Of a stretch of 12,635 nt of DNA, positions 7,601-12,635 are shown piece by piece. Under the pieces are notes generated by a model, which did not search any database, had not been told where the DNA came from, and worked only from the letters and a program-made list of their open reading frames with translations. Position 1 is the first letter of the stretch. Every line of letters begins with the position of its first letter. The stretch comes from Candidatus Methanomethylicia archaeon. GTDB lineage: Archaea > Thermoproteota > Methanomethylicia > CALHIW01. The position numbers were made by a program, and so were the translations under genes. Location: assembly GCA_038845975.1 (NCBI GenBank), contig JAWBQF010000049.1, positions 1-12,635 of the forward strand, read 5' to 3'.

Positions 7601-7798
7601 AGACGTAGCAACTTAGGAAGAAAGCTACAATATACTAAATTGTTATGTTCAAATCTTGCTTTTAGACTAAGCAGATTTCTATTTAGGATATGATCAATTC
7701 TAGAATAGGAAGTAATGATGCTAGCAATCATGAATCTGGCAACTTAGGAAAATACAATATGCTAAGTTGCCATAAGTCATAAATCTTACGTAGTTGAA
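7601..7798. repeat. hairpin repeat family, two units separated by two further hairpins
   Basis: 7609-7635 matches 3291-3317 at 25/27; TGGCAACTTAG (7737-7747) / CTAAGTTGCCA (7762-7772) perfect IR; imperfect IRs at 7651-7678 and 7679-7708. Confidence 0.8.
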
Positions 7799-7863
7799 AT
7801 ATCTTAAGTAAATGAATTTATAGAAATATTTAACTGATTATGCTAGATTCTACTAAGGTTTAT

Positions 7864-7901
7864 TAACTTCTACTGGTAGTAGTAACTTCTAGGGATAGTA
7901 G
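7864..7901 (+). promoter_or_regulatory. tandem 19-bp putative operator between TATA box and ATPase start
   Basis: TAACTTCTA-ctgg-TAGTAG (7864-7882) and TAACTTCTA-ggga-TAGTAG (7883-7901), immediately after AAGGTTTATTAA and 7 nt before TTG 7909. Confidence 0.55.
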
Positions 7902-7908
7902 TATAGGA

Positions 7909-8745
7909 TTGTTTGATACGAGACCTAAAAACATTAAGAGAGGCTTATACGATAGAGAAGATGAGCTTAAATTACTTAAAGAAGATATTAGGGATTGTAG
8001 TCCTCTAATATTATTACTTGGCTCCCGTAGAACGGTAAGATATCTCTATTATTTATTGGATTAAATGAATATTGAGATATCTACAGCGTTATTGATTGTC
8101 GTGTTTTTAGGGAGAAAATAAATATAGCCTATAGGGAATTTATCGAAGTCTTCACTAAGTCTCTAAGCATGTTAATACGTAAAGCTGAAGGTATTAGCAG
8201 ATATTTTTCACGTATACGTGAAATTAAAGTTGCTGGTTTCGAAATAGAGTTTAAAACCAGTCCTAACAATATTTACTTAATAGATGTTTTGAAAAGCTAA
8301 ATGAATAGGATGAGGGGAATAATAAATGTGTTGTAATAGCTTTCAATGAAGTACAGGAATTATCTAAACTTAGAGGAATTAGATTTCTTCCACTATTAGC
8401 ATGTATCTATGATAATCTAAGACATATTTCCATTACTCTTACAGGTTCCTAAATAAGTTTCCTTTATAGGTTCCTGAAACGTTACAATTCATCATCCCCA
8501 CTATATGGTAGGGCCATGCTTGAAGTAAGATTAGATAAGTTCACACATGAGCAGAGCTTATACTTTCTTATTAAGGGCTTCGAAGAGTACAATATAAAAT
8601 CAGATATGAGGATACTAGAGTATGTAGTGGAGGCTTTCAACGGTATTCCTGGCTGGCTAATGCTTTTCGGATATAGAGGCTTAAATGAAGGGCTTAAGTC
8701 AAGACTTGTCGAAGAAGTTCTTGAAGAAGCTTCTATTAAGTTTGA
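7909..8745 (+). pseudogene. archaeal ATPase (COG1672/ATPase_2 family), disrupted and 3'-truncated
   Basis: LFDTRPK...LYDREDEL, Walker A remnant LLGSRRT/GKISLL (frameshift), Walker B remnant VVIAFNEVQEL, IYDN, LTGS*, SPLYGRA, FNGIPGWL; several stops and frameshifts. ORF 8516..8794 is its last open segment. Confidence 0.92.
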
Positions 8746-8970
8746 TGGAAAAATGTTAGAATCGTTATGGTTGACGATACTATCATTAATGTAGGTTTTA
8801 GAAGAAGATTGTTTATATTGTTTTTGAACCATTGTTAAGAAGAATTACATATATTTGCTTGATGTTGCAGCATGCTTACATCACTAATATTCCCAAGAAA
8901 ATTAGAGCTGTTTACGATTCCAATATAGTTGATATCATAATGAAGTATAAATTTGGTAATGAACATGTAT
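8746..8970 (+). mobile_element. IS6-family transposase internal fragment
   Basis: KNVRIVMVDDTIINVGFRRR/VYIVFEPLLRRITYI.../MLTSLIF/KKIRAVY resembles the IS6 DDE segment (I.VDET.IKV.....W.AIEP..K.I.......NM..A..F). Begins where the ATPase homology stops. Confidence 0.6.
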
Positions 8971-9136
8971 TAATGATTATAAAATCAATAGTTACAACTA
9001 ACCAAACATATATTGATAGGAAGATAAAGCTAAGAATTCATAAAGAATACAAACCAAAATAGAATAAACATGCTTAAGTTAACAAAGCCTAAAGCTAGAG
9101 ATAAATTATTTAAGTAACTGCTAAATTAGATTTAAA

Positions 9137-9690
9137 ATGAAACACTACATAGTTTTAGGGGTTTAGGTGCGGTAATAGCATATCCATTTATAGGAGTCTC
9201 AATAATGCTTTCACCATGGTTTAATCCATATGAAAATGCCTTAAGCGATCTTGGAAATATAGCTTTAAACGGTTTAACTGCATACATATTTAACCTCGGA
9301 CTTATTCTTTCAGGATTTCTAATAGCATTATTTGCTCTCTTCGTCTCGTTAAAGTATTATTCATGGAGATATTTGTGTTGGACTATTTTACTTCTAGCTG
9401 CCGGTATTGATCTTACATTAATCGGCTTTTTCCCTGAAGATACTGGAGTAATACATGGATTAGTATCAGTAATATTCTTCATCCTAATAATTCTCGTAAT
9501 GCTTATTTATGGCTGTTGCTCATGGCGTACGAACTTACCATTAACTAGCATTATCGCCATAATATTTGGTTTAGTTTCAGTAATGGTTTGGATTATGAAA
9601 TGGCCTTGGCGTGGAGTTGCAATACAGGAGGCAGTAACATCTATAATGACGTCCATATGGCTTCTAATGGTTTTAACACGTAAACTTTAA
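9137..9690 (+). pseudogene. DUF998-family membrane protein with a 1-bp deletion near the 5' end (or sequencing error)
   Basis: ATG 9137 gives MKHYIVLGV* (TAG 9164); the -1 frame gives LGAVIAYPFIGVSIMLSPWFNPYENALSDLG...FNLGLI...LIGFFPED...HGLVSVIFF...GVAIQE, the DUF998 pattern; remainder is uninterrupted. Confidence 0.8.
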
Positions 9691-9764
9691 ATCATTATAG
9701 AACCCCTATAACAAGGGATTTTCCATAAACTCAAAATAGCATCCTAATAATTGGAGAATATCAT

Positions 9765-9986
9765 GAAAGCTGATTGGAAGGTAGTTTGCTTATGGTAGAA
9801 ATATTTAGTTTATGCTGAATATTGATGAGTGAAAATATAGCTACAGGAAACATCATGATATCTAAACAATTTATTAATGAAGTGTTAAAGTATTGTGATG
9901 GAAAGCCAATACTCCTCATCGATAATGCATTACAGCTTCCTCTTAAAAACTTAAACTACCATTATTGGAAACATCTTTTGGTAAAC
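9765..9986 (+). mobile_element. IS6-family transposase internal fragment
   Basis: GNIMISKQFINEVLKYCDGKPILLIDNA...ETSFGK resembles archaeal IS6 RN..IA..FI..VLK.C.G.P.FLVD.A...H.TFG; eroded upstream part; 5' limit approximate. Confidence 0.7.
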
Positions 9987-9998
9987 CTCTAAAGTTGG

Positions 9999-10405
9999 TA
10001 GGATATTATTATATTGGGAAAACTGAAATATGATGGGGGAGTTCCGTTCCAGCAATAGTAAATACAGGCTTTGAAAGTGATTGGAGATGATAATTCCGGG
10101 AAATGTTGCAGTAGATTTAAGCCTAACTCGAAAACTCCTGTTAACTGAAGAAAAACTGGAGAAGTATAGAGGAGCTGGCAGAAAAAGTGTAAAGCCTACA
10201 TTTAAAACATGGCTTTGCCAGAGCATGAGTTGTTACAGAAGATAAAGAGACGGAACTGGTAGACGTTACATTAACAGTATTCTATGGTGGAGGAAATGTA
10301 CTTCTAAGTAATAAAGCAATGGAAGCCTTAAACATAATCCTTCTAAAATCAGGTACTGGAATCTGAAGGTTTTTAGATGACCCGCTGAAAAGGGGAGAGT
10401 ATTAA
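9999..10405 (+). pseudogene. clan AA aspartic-protease-like archaeal protein (NTG variant), disrupted
   Basis: Reconstructed DIIILGKLKYDG/VPAIVNTGFESD/EMIIPGNVAVDLSL...EKYRGAG.../GFARA*VVTEDKETELVDVTLTVFYGGGNVLLSNKAMEALNIILLKSGTGI*RFLDDPLKRGEY*; three frameshifts, TGA at 10226 and 10364. Confidence 0.7.
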
Positions 10406-10721
10406 ACTAAGCTAAAGGAGTTAAAATTGTAACATACATTTACCTATAATTTACATCATCCTGTTCAACAATACTCTTATCTATATAAACCATGTAACTC
10501 CTAATTATTTCCAATCTTATATGGATTTAATTCGCTTAAGAAATCTTGTATTTAGCAAATATACTCCTACCATTAAAGCTGATACTTATTCTAGAATCAG
10601 TAACAATTAAATATATTCAATATATAGTAAAAACACATTTACTTAATTATCTAAGTTGATAGGATAAAGTAAGTAGAGAAAAGTTTTAGTTTACGTATAC
10701 TTACTACTATTGGGATGAGTA

Positions 10722-11066
10722 TTGAAGGCTGTGATTAGGGAGGAGGAGCTGGATTGGATTCCGCATCCTCTTAATGAGAGGGTGAAAAGAAAGATTCTCT
10801 TAACGAAAAGAGATTTCAACGTAGATATTACATGTATGTTAGTGAAGATTGAAAGGGGATTAGGAATTCCCGAGCATATTCATGAAAACCAGGATGATAT
10901 TCTCTATCCATTATCTGGAAAATTTAGAATGTGGATAGATGGTATTGGCGAATTTGAAGTAGGGAAAAATGTGATGGTAAGAGTGCCGAAAGGTGTTAAA
11001 CATAGGATTTCTGAAGCTTACGAAGATGTAGTTCTACTTGATATTTTCAGTCCAGCAATATTATAA
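10722..11066 (+). CDS. cupin domain protein
   Basis: IPEHIHENQDDILYPLSG and VRVPKGVKHRI cupin motifs; 114 aa; TTG start. Confidence 0.9.
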   Translation: MKAVIREEELDWIPHPLNERVKRKILLTKRDFNVDITCMLVKIERGLGIPEHIHENQDDILYPLSGKFRMWIDGIGEFEVGKNVMVRVPKGVKHRISEAYEDVVLLDIFSPAIL

Positions 11067-11138
11067 TTACTTTTTATGTTTCATCATCTATGAACTTCAT
11101 TATAGTATAGTTTATAGGATATCTCCATATAGAGTATA

Positions 11139-11354
11139 TTACTCCTCTAATAGCTTCTTAAGATTCCAAATTTTAACATAGCATTTATCTCTTTGAAGTC
11201 TTAAAGTAAGACAATGCTCCCCATTCACGTCATAGTACTCCTCATATTTCGCTTTACAATTAATACATATATAAGCTTGAACATTAAATCTTCCATGCCT
11301 CCACATCTTAGCTGGATTTGTATTTTCAAAACCGCAACCTGGACATCTACTCAT
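11139..11354 (-). CDS. small zinc-ribbon protein (CxxC...CxxC)
   Basis: MSRCPGCGFENTNPAKMWRHGRFNVQAYICINCKAKYEEYY; ATG 11354 preferred to TTG 11414. Confidence 0.7.
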   Translation of the reverse strand: MSRCPGCGFENTNPAKMWRHGRFNVQAYICINCKAKYEEYYDVNGEHCLTLRLQRDKCYVKIWNLKKLLEE

Positions 11355-11549
11355 AGAGTCTAAACCATATTTAAACTTCTCCAAACCATATAAATTTTCA
11401 TTCCTGATATCCAATAATTTTATTCATTCCTTCCATGAATACATATAGATAATTATTAATAAATGAATATCTTAAGGACTTGAGAAAACTGTAAATGCTT
11501 AATGGCCTTAATGTGGAGATATTTGTATAGTTCTACCAGTTTTAATAGT

Positions 11550-11875
11550 TTATATAGCTTGATAGAATTTTCTCCATGATGTATTTGTATTTCTATCTTT
11601 TTCTCTTTAATAAGTCTATTAAGAATGTTATCAAGCATTTTAAGCTGATATTGGTTAAGTCCAAGTATTGCAGCTAAATCCATAAATCTACATGGCCTCC
11701 TCCTTAGTAGGAGGAGAATATCCTCCATAGAAATGGGTTTAGTTTTTCTCTCTACCTTAACTTGTTTAATATCTTTATAGCAGTTTACCTCTACTCCAGG
11801 TAGTTTAATTCTAAATATTTTTGCTATTTCATCTAACTTTTTAGAATCTAGAGGTTCTACATGTAAAAGCAGGCT
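11550..11875 (-). pseudogene. C-terminal remnant of a radical SAM protein (COG0731-like) with wHTH-like tail
   Basis: PAF/HVEPLDSKKLDEIAKIFRIKLPGVEVNCY.../ISMEDILLLLRRRPCRFMDLAAILGL...LNRLIKEKKIEIQIHHGE/FYQAI* across frameshifts; no CxxxCxxC N-terminal part present. Confidence 0.6.
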
Positions 11876-12317
11876 GTAGATAGCTTAATGGTAATGGGGG
11901 AGCTATAGGAAATGGATAGTGGAAGCTTCTACATTGAGAATTCCCCATTTCCCCATGTCTACAGGCTATTGATGATGATTTTAAAGAGGTTAATAATCCA
12001 TCTTTTATTTCCTTTATAACCTCACTTAGAAACTGAGCATTTGTAGTGTATACTTTTACCCCCATACTCTCAAGTATACTTACTGCTTTAGGTCCTATTC
12101 CCTTCACTACAATAGCATCAACACTAAGTCTACTAACTAGTGTAGCTGCATCACAAACTTCACCGTGAAGGAGATCTGGTGCTGACTTAATATTTACCTC
12201 TACACTATTACTAGATGGATTAAATGTAACTATAGCATAGTATGATGCTCTACCGAAATGCATAGATACTTTAGACTTAGCTCCATTATCATTCTCGATT
12301 GGAACTAAATATTTCAT
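11841..12317 (-). CDS. NifB/NifX-family (dinitrogenase FeMo-cofactor domain, COG1433) protein
   Basis: MKYLVPIE...VSMHFGRASYYAIV, VDAIVVKGIGPKA..IL...GVKVY motifs; Cys/His then Pro-rich tail; last ~10 codons probably derive from a fusion junction. Confidence 0.9.
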   Translation of the reverse strand: MKYLVPIENDNGAKSKVSMHFGRASYYAIVTFNPSSNSVEVNIKSAPDLLHGEVCDAATLVSRLSVDAIVVKGIGPKAVSILESMGVKVYTTNAQFLSEVIKEIKDGLLTSLKSSSIACRHGEMGNSQCRSFHYPFPIAPPLPLSYLQPAFTCRTSRF

Positions 12318-12635
12318 ACTAACATCTAATTCTGTGTTATTGCACAAAACTATATAAACTTTACTCTTTGAAGATGGATTTTGTTAACTTAATTATGTTA
12401 GTAACTCATCATCTTTAAACATATACATAGATTAATACCGTATCGTTAAGCCTCATGATACTATAAACTCTCTTTAATATTCTGTAACTTTAATTAAGCC
12501 TCATCATTAACTTAGCTAATAGTATAATTAAGCTACAAGATCTTAAAACATTAGCTAAATTTTAAATATCTCTTATAGTATTAAACCTATCATTTTTAGG
12601 CATCATCTTAATTCAAGCTTAGCTACATATGACCT

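Noticed and set aside
1666-7843. TTAACTGATTA(A/T)GCT at ~1666 and ~7830
   Set aside because: Short and AT-rich with no shared context; cannot be distinguished from chance.
9137-9166. programmed -1 frameshift in DUF998 (also at 965-972 in the small TM gene)
   Set aside because: No in-frame X XXY YYZ slippery heptamer; single-base deletion or read error is simpler.
8482-10226. ORFs 8482-8832, 8832-9062 and 9951-10226 as real genes
   Set aside because: Antisense to, or open fragments of, the ATPase, IS6 and protease-like pseudogenes.
5524-10366. stop-codon recoding (TAG/TGA at likely Trp positions 5524, 10226, 10364)
   Set aside because: The same genes also contain frameshifts and intact genes use TAG/TGA as stops; G-to-A decay of TGG explains it.
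11841-12317. nitrogen fixation inferred from NifB/NifX domain
   Set aside because: COG1433 proteins are widespread in non-diazotrophic archaea and no nif structural genes are present.

Overview
AT-rich archaeal window (Thermoproteota/crenarchaeal-like: TATA boxes about 24 nt before ATG, GGTGA/GGAGGTGA RBS motifs). Intact core: an alpha-glucan/glycogen locus (GH57 amylase divergent from a wHTH protein, a stand-alone GT4 N-terminal domain and a full GT4 glycosyltransferase), a CPA2-type cation/H+ antiporter, a cupin, a Zn-ribbon protein and a NifB/NifX-family protein. These are interleaved with many decayed sequences: three IS6-family transposase fragments, a 90-bp MITE-like element, and pseudogenes of an archaeal ATPase, a clan-AA protease-like protein, a small helical protein, DUF998 and a radical SAM C-terminus. 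A tRNA 3'-end fragment at 1183-1210 may be the att boundary of an integrated element lying to its left. The most unusual signals are non-coding: a family of ~45-60-bp hairpin repeats with compensatory stem changes in two divergent intergenic regions, and, abutting one cluster, exact 25-bp and 17-bp copies of sequence from inside the two neighbouring genes. All family assignments are from motif recognition by eye, not database searches.
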